This document shows, piece by piece, positions 21,840-31,256 of a DNA stretch of 64,000 nucleotides; position 1 is the first letter of the stretch; the number at the start of each line of letters is the position of its first letter. The position numbers and the translations under genes were made by a program. The stretch lies in contig CAWFJP010000030.1 in the NCBI GenBank assembly GCA_963816145.1, forward strand, positions 288,001-352,000, given 5' to 3'. The DNA comes from an uncultured delta proteobacterium (GTDB lineage Bacteria; Desulfobacterota; Binatia; UBA9968). Below the pieces are notes generated by a model. The model was not told the origin of the DNA and ran no database searches. It saw nothing but the letters and a program-made list of their open reading frames with translations.

Positions 21840-24143
21840 ATGAGCCAGTTTTTGGTCGATACAGCATTTATCATCGAGCGGACATACCAGACGTTCTTTG
21901 GGACTCCGCTTCTGACAGCACAGGGAAGCGACCTTACTTTCACCTTCGCCTTTGCAAGAGATTTTCTAAGGCTGCGATGCGAGTTGAGTATTAAGGCGGG
22001 AGTTCTGGTTATAGGAAGGGAATCTCACTCACTCACCACCCATCAGAACATTGAGAGTGTTATTATTTTTCTTCAGCAACTGAAGATTCCTTACATCCAC
22101 GATCCGGCGAATCCCGGTTTAAAAATCATCGCCTCTATCAGTTCCCAATTCACGCATATCGTTTCGGGGGACAAGCGATGTCTACAACTGTGCAGCGACG
22201 ACCTTACCGTCGTCCTCGTTGGAGGTGCTAGCCGCTACCAATACGACTGGATGTCCGCGGATAAGGTCGGAACGAAGATGGGCATCGCTCCGAAAGATAT
22301 ACCCACCTACCTAGCGTTAACGGAAGCATCGAACGCGCAAGCAATAACCAGTAGACAAGCGGTCCGGCTCATCGAGCTGTATGGCGACTTGGATTCTATT
22401 TACGAGACCCTATCAAAGGTCGCGTCAGGCCAAATCCGAAAGACGCTGGTAAAAAACGAGACTCGAGCCCGGGATTACTATTCGGAGAGTAAAGCTAACC
22501 GAGCCAAGGAGTCATGCTCCTGCAATGTTCAAACCTTTTCTTTGAGCGACTTGGACACTGACAGAAATCGGCAACTTTTGAGAACTCACGGTTTTCACTC
22601 ACTTTTGCCACTATTGGCAAATCCTACGGATGCCCGGCTGGATTTGAATGAGATTACACCCAGACCAGACGCCTATCACGCCGTGGTTGACGTAAAGGGG
22701 ATCCTAGAACTCGAATCTTTGCTTGTGTCATCAAAGCAATGTTCAATAGACACAGAATCCGATGACAAGGATCCTAGGGAGGCACATTTACTTGGAGTTG
22801 CCTTCTCGGTAAAGGGCGGAGAAGCTTATTTCGTCCCGCTGATCGAGGAGGACCTCAAGGGATTGACCAAAGATGATGTGCTGAAGTTTCTAAAGCGGGT
22901 ATGCGATAGCGACATAGGTTTCATTGGACATAATATAAAGTACGATCACTTACTCCTCCGGCGAAACGGCATAAGGATTAAGTCGATTCACTTTGACACG
23001 ATGCTGGCCGCCTATGACTGTCATGGTGACTGGGACTTTTTCAATCTTCGTGACTTAGCTCAGAGATTCCTGCACGAGAAAATCAAATCCTACTCGGATT
23101 TGGTCGATGAAGGCAAAACCTTTCTAGACTTGCCCTTAAAAGAGTTGGTTAACCACGCTTGCCAGGACGCTGACGTGACCATGCGACTGTATCCCATTTT
23201 CTTGGCGGAGTTGAACGATCGAAATATAATTGAACAGTATTACGAACATACCATGCGTCAGATGATGCATCTAGCTGAGCTAGAATTCCAAGGGATTGCA
23301 GCAGATTTGGGGCAAATCGATGCGATCAGGCGATCTCTTGGTAAAAAGGCTTCTGACTTGAAGGACGATATCTGTAGAAAAGTGGGGATAGCCTTTGACC
23401 TGGACTCGGAGAAGGATCTTTCGGGAGTATTTAAGGAGGCTATAGTTTTGAGGGGCTATCTCGCGCCAAGAAAGATCACGATGGCAATATTAGAGCAGAT
23501 GGCCATTAGCGATCCGATTATGCGTTTGGTCATTCAGTATAAAAGACTCCGTCGTCGTATTTCGGGGCTGGAATCGATCTCCGCTTCTGTAACTGACGGA
23601 AAGATCTATCCGCTCTTTAGTCAAATTAAATCTCGTGCTGGTCTTCTGACCACGGTCAAACCAAGTTTGTTCGAGAACGATACATTGCCAGAACTCAAGT
23701 CTTGCTTCGATAGCGGTGTAAGGGATTATTTCAGGGATAGACAGCGAGCATTGGACACGTTATCGCAAGTGACTCATGATACTGCCCTAAGCGAACGCCA
23801 GACGTGTAAGTCTAACGCCGACGTTTTCACGACGGATCAAGTTGGGATGCAGAACCTTGACCACGAAGAATGCTTGCTTTCTCTCGCAGTGGGCCATTCC
23901 GATTCACAGCTGAGTAAAATGTTTCTCATGGATCGACCGAAGGTTGACATGATGCGGCATGATTTCACCAAGAGATATTCGACTATGTTTCGGTGGCTGG
24001 ACAATTATCGCCGGAAAGCCCAGGCAAACGGCTATTCCGCGATTAACGGCAAGCGAAAATACATTGATGGTCTCAAGAGTTCAGATATTTCTAGGAGAGA
24101 ACGAGCAACGGAACATGTGGTGAGGTGGTTGATACGTTATTAA
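21840..24143 (+). CDS. DNA polymerase I-like protein with degenerate 5'-nuclease and polymerase domains and conserved 3'-5' exonuclease motifs
   Basis: Colinear with PolA: LVD, SGDKR, LIELYGDLDSIY, IDTE (ExoI), GHNIKYD (ExoII), FDTMLAAY, ACQDADVT (ExoIII), DGKIYP, GKRKYI. Ends before polymerase motif C. Confidence 0.85.
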   Translation: MSQFLVDTAFIIERTYQTFFGTPLLTAQGSDLTFTFAFARDFLRLRCELSIKAGVLVIGRESHSLTTHQNIESVIIFLQQLKIPYIHDPANPGLKIIASISSQFTHIVSGDKRCLQLCSDDLTVVLVGGASRYQYDWMSADKVGTKMGIAPKDIPTYLALTEASNAQAITSRQAVRLIELYGDLDSIYETLSKVASGQIRKTLVKNETRARDYYSESKANRAKESCSCNVQTFSLSDLDTDRNRQLLRTHGFHSLLPLLANPTDARLDLNEITPRPDAYHAVVDVKGILELESLLVSSKQCSIDTESDDKDPREAHLLGVAFSVKGGEAYFVPLIEEDLKGLTKDDVLKFLKRVCDSDIGFIGHNIKYDHLLLRRNGIRIKSIHFDTMLAAYDCHGDWDFFNLRDLAQRFLHEKIKSYSDLVDEGKTFLDLPLKELVNHACQDADVTMRLYPIFLAELNDRNIIEQYYEHTMRQMMHLAELEFQGIAADLGQIDAIRRSLGKKASDLKDDICRKVGIAFDLDSEKDLSGVFKEAIVLRGYLAPRKITMAILEQMAISDPIMRLVIQYKRLRRRISGLESISASVTDGKIYPLFSQIKSRAGLLTTVKPSLFENDTLPELKSCFDSGVRDYFRDRQRALDTLSQVTHDTALSERQTCKSNADVFTTDQVGMQNLDHEECLLSLAVGHSDSQLSKMFLMDRPKVDMMRHDFTKRYSTMFRWLDNYRRKAQANGYSAINGKRKYIDGLKSSDISRRERATEHVVRWLIRY

Positions 24144-24204
24144 GCGCCAGTATGTGGACCTATCCACCAGCCAGTTTTGAGATCTAACCTCAATTTCTGA
24201 ACCA

Positions 24205-24235
24205 GGATTTGGGTAGCGTCCTAAATCCCAATTTT
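24205..24235 (+). terminator. possible terminator hairpin after the polA-like gene
   Basis: GGATTTGGG-TAGCGT-CCTAAATCC followed by CAATTTT. Confidence 0.35.
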
Positions 24236-24467
24236 GGCCTGGGAACGTTTGACACCGGTTTAGCTTGACCCCAAGTTAATTCATTTCTCGCATCGAAGGA
24301 TTAACAAACCCATTCGCTCTGATATATTAGAGATTAACAATCGGAATCGCTCGTTTGTCAGCACTGAGTCAATCATTCGTTGGGGGGTACTTAACTGTGA
24401 TTTATTCAGCGCCGACCCCGCCGATTTGGTACCACACATTCTATGCTATGGAGAGCCGTGAATTGAG

Positions 24468-26503
24468 ATGTCTAAAGCTATGCTAAAAACCGAAGCGGTA
24501 GCCACGCCGGCGCCGCCCAGCGAACCGCGAAAGATCGTCACCGCCGCCGAGATGGGCGCGCGCCAGAGAGAAATTTCCGTATCGGAATTTTTTACCAAGA
24601 ATCGCCACCTGTTGGGCTTCGACAGTCCGCGCAAGGCGCTGCTTACTTGCATCAAAGAAGCGGTCGATAACGCACTGGACGCTTGTGAAGAAGCCGGCAT
24701 CTTGCCCGAAGTCATCGTCAAGCTCGAAGTGGTGCCCAATGGCGGGATTACGGCGGCGCCGAGCCAAGCAACGCGCTTTCGCGTCACCGTGATCGATTAC
24801 GGTCCCGGCATCGTGCGCCAGCAGATTCCGCCGATTTTCGCCAAGCTGCTTTACGGCTCGAAGTTCCATCGTTTGCGCATGAGCCGCGGCCAGCAAGGCA
24901 TCGGCATCTCCGCCGCCGGCATGTACGCCCAGCTCACCACCGGCAAGCCGGTGCAGATCATTTCCCGCACCAGCGCCAGAGCGCCGGCGCACTATTTCGA
25001 AGTCCAGATCGACACCAAGAAAAACGAGCCGCGCATTTTCGAGAGTAAGAAAATCGACTGGGAAAACCACCGCGGCACACAGGTCAGTTTAGAAATCGAA
25101 GGGCGTTATCAAAAGGGCCGCGCCTCGGTGGATGAATATTTAGAACAAACGGCCATCGCCAATCCGCATGTCAAGCTCGTCTACCATACGCCTGAAGGCG
25201 AGATAAAGCAGTATCCGCGCACCATCGAAGAGCTGCCGCCGCAACCGCGCGAGATCAAGCCTCATCCCTACGGCATCGAGTTCGGTATGATGCTGAAGAT
25301 GTTGCACGACACCAAAAGCCATTCTCTGGTGGGTTTTCTGTCCAGCGAGTTTAGCCGGGTGTCATCCAGTCTGGCTCAAGAGATTTGTAAAACCGCCAAA
25401 CTCTCGCCCAACGCCCGGCCGCGCGATCTCCATGGCGCCGCCGCTGAAACCTTTTACAAAGCCATGCAGTCGACCAAGATCATGGCGCCACCGAGCAGCT
25501 GCATATCGCCCATCGGCGAACGGGCGATATCTGCACGGCCTGTACAAACAGATCAAAGGCGAATTTTACACCGCTGTGACCAGGCCGCCGGCGGTCTATC
25601 GCGGCAATCCGTTTGTCATCGAGGCCGGCCTCGCGTTCGGAAAAAGTCCGGAGCAGACGGTAAAAGTCAAAGAACCAAAGCATCCCGCTCGCCGAAGGCG
25701 AAGACAAAGACGACGACAACGAATTGGCGAGCGTGATCCGCTACGCCAATCGCGTGCCGCTGCTCTACCAGCAGTCGGCTTGCGCGACGTTTAAATCGGT
25801 CCTCGACACCACCTGGCGCAATTACGGCGTGGCGCAGTCGCGCGGCGCCCTGCCCGCCGGGCCGATGGTGATCTTCGTGCACATGGCGTCGGTCTGGGTG
25901 CCGTTCACCAGCGAGTCCAAGGAAGCCATCGCCGACTACGACGAGATTCGCAAAGAAATCAAACTCGCTCTCCAAGAGTGCGGCCGGCGGCTGGGAGTCT
26001 TCTTGCGGCGGCGCGAGCGCGCCAAGGGGGAATTTCGCCGGCGCAATATCTTCGCGCTTTACATCGAGGAAGTCGTCGATGCCTGCGCACGCTTGAAAGG
26101 CGGCAAGCTCGCCAAGGAAAAGCTCAAAGAACAGTTGCAAAAGATCGCCAGCAAACGCACCGGCGGCGAGAAAACCGACGAGATCCTGGGCCACGATGGC
26201 GGCGGGCCTGAAGGCCTGCCTCATTCGATCATCGTCACCGCCGACGGCACCGAAGGCGATGCTCCTAGCCTGCCAAGCTCGGATGAGAGCGCGGCGATGG
26301 CGCCTGCCGCAAGCGAGACCGAGCCGGAGCTGCCCATACTCGTCGACGATGATCCGGCGCCAGCAGCCAGAAACAAAAACGTCCGTGTAAAAGCAGCTAA
26401 TGCCGATCAAGCCAAAGATGGCGCGAAACAGATGACGCTAGCCTTGGACAGAAGGGCCAAACCTACAGGAAAGAAAGATGGCGGCAAAAAAAGCAAAAAA
26501 TAA
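24468..26503 (+). CDS. top6B: DNA topoisomerase VI subunit B (two +1 frameshifts, near 25531 and 25681)
   Basis: ISVSEFFTKNRHLLGF, KEAVDNALDA, DYGPG, LLYGSKF, SRGQQGIG (GHKL ATPase). Continues in the next frames as YRGNPFVIEAG, then RYANRVPLLYQQSAC and FTSESKEAIA. Confidence 0.92.
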
Positions 26504-27584
26504 CGGCGTCGTCGAGAAAAAGCTCATCAGCATCGCCGACACGGTGATCACTGCGGCGCAGCGCAGCCAGGACCCAACGCTGAATATTCCGGTGCGTAGC
26601 CTGGCCAACGTCAACTTCAACCCCAAGCGCGGCATTATCGAGATGGGCCGGCGCAAGCAGGAGCGCACCTTCTTCAACGTCGGCATGGCCAAAAAATTCA
26701 TGCAGACGGTGCTAGTGGCCGACGCCTTGGCCGAGCTGCAGCGCGCCAACTTGACCACCTCGCTGCGCGAAATTTACTACCGCACCAAACACACCATCAA
26801 AAATTCCCACGAGAACACCTTTGATGGCCAGAACGAGTCCGATCCGCTCATCGAAGATCTCGAAGTCACCCTCGAAGCGCTCCGCGAAGAACTGCATGTC
26901 AGCGCGGAAAACCGCGGCACCGTAGTCGGGCCGTTGACCATCGTCGACGATGGTGACCGCGTCGACTGCACCAAACTCGGCAAAGGCGGCTATTCGGTGC
27001 CCTCCATCGTCGAGCCGGAATATATTCAGATCAGCAAATGCACCGCCGACTTCATCCTGCTGGTGGAAAAAGGCACCCAATGGAACCGGTTATCGGAGGA
27101 TAAATTCTGGCGCAGGTATAATTGCGTCCTGATCACCGGCAACGGCCAACCGCCCCGAGGCGTGCGCCGGTTGGTGCGCCGGCTGCACGAGGATTACAAA
27201 CTGCCGGTCTACGTTTTGGTCGACAACGACCCCTGGGGCTACTACATATACTCCGTCATCAAGCAGGGGTCGATCAATCTCGCCTTTGAAAGCGAGCGCA
27301 TGGCGATCCCCAAGGCAAAATTCATCGGTTTCTCCAGCGCCGACCCCGAACGCTACGGCCTGCCGCGCAACGTCGGCATCAAGTTGAACGACAAAGACAT
27401 CAACCGCGCCAAAGAGCTGATGAAGTACAAGTGGTTTCAAAAAAAAGAGTGGCAGAACGAAATCAAAGGCATGCTTACCAGCGGCCTGAAATTCGAGCTC
27501 GACGCGCTCGCCAACAAAGATTTTCAGTATCTGACCAAGACCTACTTGCCAAGAAAACTGAAGGATAAGGATTGGCTTGATTAG
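26478..27584 (+). CDS. top6A: DNA topoisomerase VI subunit A
   Basis: LREIYY (catalytic Tyr), LLVEK, GNGQP, DNDPWG TOPRIM motif, FELDAL. Overlaps the top6B end by 26 nt. Confidence 0.95.
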   Translation: MAAKKAKNNGVVEKKLISIADTVITAAQRSQDPTLNIPVRSLANVNFNPKRGIIEMGRRKQERTFFNVGMAKKFMQTVLVADALAELQRANLTTSLREIYYRTKHTIKNSHENTFDGQNESDPLIEDLEVTLEALREELHVSAENRGTVVGPLTIVDDGDRVDCTKLGKGGYSVPSIVEPEYIQISKCTADFILLVEKGTQWNRLSEDKFWRRYNCVLITGNGQPPRGVRRLVRRLHEDYKLPVYVLVDNDPWGYYIYSVIKQGSINLAFESERMAIPKAKFIGFSSADPERYGLPRNVGIKLNDKDINRAKELMKYKWFQKKEWQNEIKGMLTSGLKFELDALANKDFQYLTKTYLPRKLKDKDWLD

Positions 27585-27622
27585 TTTTTTGCCGGCGCGT
27601 AAAGACGGCATCTAACTTTTAT

Positions 27623-27698
27623 CTGTCATTCCGAACGAATGTGAGGAATCCTGCCGCAGAATCTGAGTCGGGATTTCTCCCTTCGGTCGAAATGACAG
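27623..27698. repeat. GTCA-type REP doublet between convergent genes
   Basis: CTGTCATTCCGAACGAATGTGAGGAATC...GATTTCTCCCTTCGGTCGAAATGACAG. Confidence 0.75.
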
Positions 27699-27728
27699 CG
27701 GTCCAATCCAGCTGCGATTAGATTCTAA

Positions 27729-28520
27729 TTATTCCCCGCCATTCACATCAATTATCGCGCCGCTGACAAAGCTCGCCGCGTCGGAAGCCAGGAACAGTGC
27801 TACGCCGGCGACTTCATCGGCGGTGCCGGCGCGGCCCAGGGCGATTTTTTTGAGCACCTGCGCCCAATCGTCCTGGCGAGTGCTACCCGCCGGGCGCGGC
27901 GTGTCGATGATGCCTGGGGCGATGGCGTTAACGCGGATCTCCGGCCCCCAGTGCTGCGCCATGTGAATCGACAGGTTCATCACCGCCGCCTTGGCCGCGC
28001 CATAGGCCGCCATGTCAGCTCGTTCTTTCTTTGTGCCGCGCCCTGATATCGAACCGATATTGACCATGCTGCCTTTGCCGCGCGCCATCATCGCCGGCGC
28101 CACCGCTTTGGCGCAGAGAAAGGCGCTCTTGGTGTTGACCGCATAGGCGGTCATGAAGTCTTCCGGCGCGAGATCGAGCAGCGGCGCGCGATTGAACGCC
28201 GGCATATGCGGGTTGCGGCTGTAGGAGCCGCCGGCGACGTTGATCAGCGCGTCTATACGGCCAAACTTCGCCAAGGTTTGATCGACCAGCGATTTGACCT
28301 GGGCCTCGTCCGACACATCCACCGCCAAGCCAAGCGCCATCACGCCGAGAGCTTCGATCTCCTGGACCACCGGCGGGATCGAGTCGGGCGGCAATGACGC
28401 GATCACGATGTTCGCCCCGGCCTTGGCGAACGCCACCGCGCACGCTCGGCCAATGCCACCGCTGCCGCCGGTGATGATCGCCGTCCGGCTGTCCAAAGAA
28501 AAACGCGATAAATCGATCAT
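27729..28520 (-). CDS. SDR family oxidoreductase
   Basis: TGGSGGIG, YGAAK, IRVNAIAPG. Confidence 0.92.
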   Translation of the reverse strand: MIDLSRFSLDSRTAIITGGSGGIGRACAVAFAKAGANIVIASLPPDSIPPVVQEIEALGVMALGLAVDVSDEAQVKSLVDQTLAKFGRIDALINVAGGSYSRNPHMPAFNRAPLLDLAPEDFMTAYAVNTKSAFLCAKAVAPAMMARGKGSMVNIGSISGRGTKKERADMAAYGAAKAAVMNLSIHMAQHWGPEIRVNAIAPGIIDTPRPAGSTRQDDWAQVLKKIALGRAGTADEVAGVALFLASDAASFVSGAIIDVNGGE

Positions 28521-28642
28521 TGCTCTGCCCCCGCTATGAAAAACAAATTATTATTTCGAATCGAGTTTCGTGTGATTAAGATGAGTATTCGGAAAGCCGG
28601 CGAGTCAAGACCTTTTTGCTGCATCACCACGGAGCGGTCGCT

Positions 28643-29671
28643 TCAGGCGCCGCGCTCGCGGCGGTTGTAGCGAATCGAGTCGCAAAACGCCCAAACGATA
28701 AACCCGCTGCCGATCAGGCCCGTGACCACTTCCGGAATATGGATGACGGCATTGAGAAACATCATCACCGCCAGAGCGATGATCGCGTAGAACGCGCCGT
28801 GCTCGAGGTAGCGGTACGAGGCGAGGGCTTCTTTCTCCACCAGCATAATGGTCAGACTGCGGACAAACATGGCGCCGATGCCCAGGCCGATGGCGATGAT
28901 GAATAGGTTATTGGAAAGCGCAAAAGCGCCGATCACGCCGTCGAAGCTGAAACTGGCATCGAGGACTTCAAGATAGAGAAACGAGGCCGCGCCCGAGCGC
29001 GCCACTTCGCCGGTGATCGCCGATTCGAAATTGAGCAGGGCGGAAACGCCGTCAACCGCAATGTAAGTCACCAAGCCAAAGATCCCAGCGGTTAAGAACT
29101 CGACCTGCTCGCTGCCGAAAAGCCAGCGGGAAATCGCGTAGAGCAGTAGCAAGACCAAACCTAGCTCCACCGCTTCGATGCGGCCGAGCCGCGTCAGCGG
29201 ACGCTCGATGACCGTAATCCAGTGAATTTCCTTCTCCTGATTAAAAAAATGCTTCAAGCCGACCATGGCGAGAAATGCCCCGCCGAATGCAGCGACCGAG
29301 ACATGTGCGCTGGTGAGCACGCGCGAGTATTGATCCGGGTCGGTGGCCGCCATGACCAGCGCCGACCATGGATCGATGCGCGCGATGATCGCGACAATGG
29401 CCAACGGGAATATGATCCGCATGCCAAAGACCGCGATGGCGATACCCCAGGTGAGGAAGCGATGTCGCCACACTGGAGTCATTTCTTTGAGCACCGTGGC
29501 ATTGACGACGGCGTTGTCGAACGATAACGAAACTTCCAGAATCGCCAGCACGCCGACGATAAAAACCGTCGATAAAGCGCTAAATAAACTGCGCTGAACT
29601 TCCCACCCGAGAAAGGCGCCGAGACCAAGACCGACGAGGGTAACGACAAACGAGTTGCGAAAATAGCCCAT
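28643..29671 (-). CDS. DUF475 family membrane protein (TerC superfamily)
   Basis: LEVSLSFDNAVVNA, FLYLEVLDASFSFDGVIGAFA, YLEHGAFYAI. Confidence 0.92.
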   Translation of the reverse strand: MGYFRNSFVVTLVGLGLGAFLGWEVQRSLFSALSTVFIVGVLAILEVSLSFDNAVVNATVLKEMTPVWRHRFLTWGIAIAVFGMRIIFPLAIVAIIARIDPWSALVMAATDPDQYSRVLTSAHVSVAAFGGAFLAMVGLKHFFNQEKEIHWITVIERPLTRLGRIEAVELGLVLLLLYAISRWLFGSEQVEFLTAGIFGLVTYIAVDGVSALLNFESAITGEVARSGAASFLYLEVLDASFSFDGVIGAFALSNNLFIIAIGLGIGAMFVRSLTIMLVEKEALASYRYLEHGAFYAIIALAVMMFLNAVIHIPEVVTGLIGSGFIVWAFCDSIRYNRRERGA

Positions 29672-29987
29672 GGTGGAATTCAGCTCCGCTGTGCAATAGC
29701 TTAAATTCACCTCACTGTCCAACGCTTTTTTGCCGGCCAACCGATTTGGCTATTGAAAGCAAGAAAGGGCGGTCATCGGATCGGCAATCCGATGCTTAGA
29801 GATCTGAATCAATTGAGGCGATTCAATCAATCATGACGGTACGGCAAGACAACGTTACGAGTCGTGGCAAACTGACGCCTAACCCCCCAACGGTAATTTG
29901 CGCTATAGGCAGCGTCGAGAAATTCATTAATCAGGACTTATCGATCAACTTGGCGGAGATTTAATCTCGGATTGGGATTACCTGCGC

Positions 29988-30995
29988 TCACTTAACTCCA
30001 TAGGTCGCCTGCAGCCGGCCAATGAAGCCATTCTCGTCCAGCCTTCTTACAATCCGATCATCGATCAACTCTTCGATCTTGATGTTTTCCAGCTTCTGAT
30101 TACGCGGCTTGAGCAGCCGTTGTGTGTTGCGCAGGCCATCAACCGACGGCAGAAGCTTTTTGTCGAGGCCGGTAACCAGATCTTGATAACCTTCTTCGGC
30201 GGTGGCCGGATCATTGATGCGCAGATGCTGCATGATTGTCTTGAGCACCACTGGCTTGGACTTTTGACTTAGAATAAATGCCACCGATTCGGCGAGCCCT
30301 TTGAGCACGCCTTCGAGGGCGTCTTGGCGCTCGCGCAGCAAATTCGTCCTGGCGATCAAGCCGAGACCGATGGTCGGAATATTGGCGTTGCTGAATTCGG
30401 CGAGCACGGTAAAACCCTTTTGTTTCAGCCGGCGGCTAAACACGCCGTCGAGGGCCGCGGCGTCGATGCTCCCGGCTTCGAGCGCTTGGGCGATCACTGA
30501 TTGGTCGCCGACTTGCAGCACGTTGATATTGTCCCGTTGCGGGTCGAGTCCTAACGACTCCAGGCCGAGCATGGCACCCATCCACAGTCCGCCGCCAAAT
30601 GCTTGAATGCCGAAACGCTTGCCGCGCAAATCCTTGACGGTTTTGATCCCCGGCGTCGCCACGAGATCATAATTCACTCGGCCATTGAGCGCGGCCACCA
30701 TCTTGGCGTCGAGTCCGCCAGCCGCAGCACCGAGCAGGGTGCTGCCTGAAGACAGTGCAAGATCGATCTCGCCGGTGCCCAGGCCGCTGACCATGATCTG
30801 AATCTGGCGCACGAGAATCACCGTCGACTCGACGCCATATTTGGCAAAGAACTTTTGTTCGTGCGCGATCCACAGCGGTGCGATCCGCGCGTTGAGGGCG
30901 CCATGCGCCAGGACCATCTTGGCCGCGATGGCAGGACCAGACGAATTTAGGATCAGTCCAAGGATCAATGCACTAATGACGAAGAATTTTGCCAT
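29988..30995 (-). CDS. NMT1/SsuA-type ABC substrate-binding protein
   Basis: Signal peptide; FFAKYGVE, DLRGKRFGI, ALEAGSIDAA. Confidence 0.85.
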   Translation of the reverse strand: MAKFFVISALILGLILNSSGPAIAAKMVLAHGALNARIAPLWIAHEQKFFAKYGVESTVILVRQIQIMVSGLGTGEIDLALSSGSTLLGAAAGGLDAKMVAALNGRVNYDLVATPGIKTVKDLRGKRFGIQAFGGGLWMGAMLGLESLGLDPQRDNINVLQVGDQSVIAQALEAGSIDAAALDGVFSRRLKQKGFTVLAEFSNANIPTIGLGLIARTNLLRERQDALEGVLKGLAESVAFILSQKSKPVVLKTIMQHLRINDPATAEEGYQDLVTGLDKKLLPSVDGLRNTQRLLKPRNQKLENIKIEELIDDRIVRRLDENGFIGRLQATYGVK

Positions 30996-31046
30996 AATTG
31001 ATTCTCACTGAGCCAGCACGGAAATTGAAGAAACTAGGATTCGAAA

Positions 31047-31187
31047 ATATTTCCCGCAAAGACGCCCGGTTCGGAATCGTTGTCATTTCGACCCTTGGGA
31101 GAAATCTTTCTTAGATCCCTCGCGTTCCCTCGGGATGACGGGCAGCACCCGTCACCATTGCGGCCTTGGCGCCTTTGCGGGAGATAT
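31047..31187. mobile_element. MITE-like element, family C copy 1
   Basis: Terminal inverted repeats ATATTTCCCGCAAAGACGCC / GGCGCCTTTGCGGGAGATAT (18/20), internal GTCATTTCG...CGGGATGAC REP doublet. Inverted copy at 50394..50530. Confidence 0.7.
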
Positions 31188-31256
31188 TCCGAAATATTCC
31201 TGCGGCTCCGGCGCGCTACTTCCTTCGTGGTAAGACTTCCGAAAACTTCACAGTGA

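Noticed and set aside
21840-24143. Calling this gene the housekeeping polA
   Set aside because: Polymerase motifs A, B and C and most 5'-nuclease carboxylates are missing, and it sits in an atypical-composition island.
19950-24450. IS630 terminal inverted repeats with TA duplication
   Set aside because: Only short chance matches (about 7 bp) were found by eye; not supportable without a computed search.
25520-25690. Programmed frameshifting in top6B
   Set aside because: There is no slippery sequence at either site, two shifts would be needed, and the same +1 pattern occurs in unrelated genes.
29672-29987. yybP-ykoY manganese riboswitch upstream of the DUF475/TerC-family gene, also sought upstream of 53064
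   Set aside because: I could not find the conserved GGGGAGUAG-like core on the relevant strand; an Infernal search would be needed.
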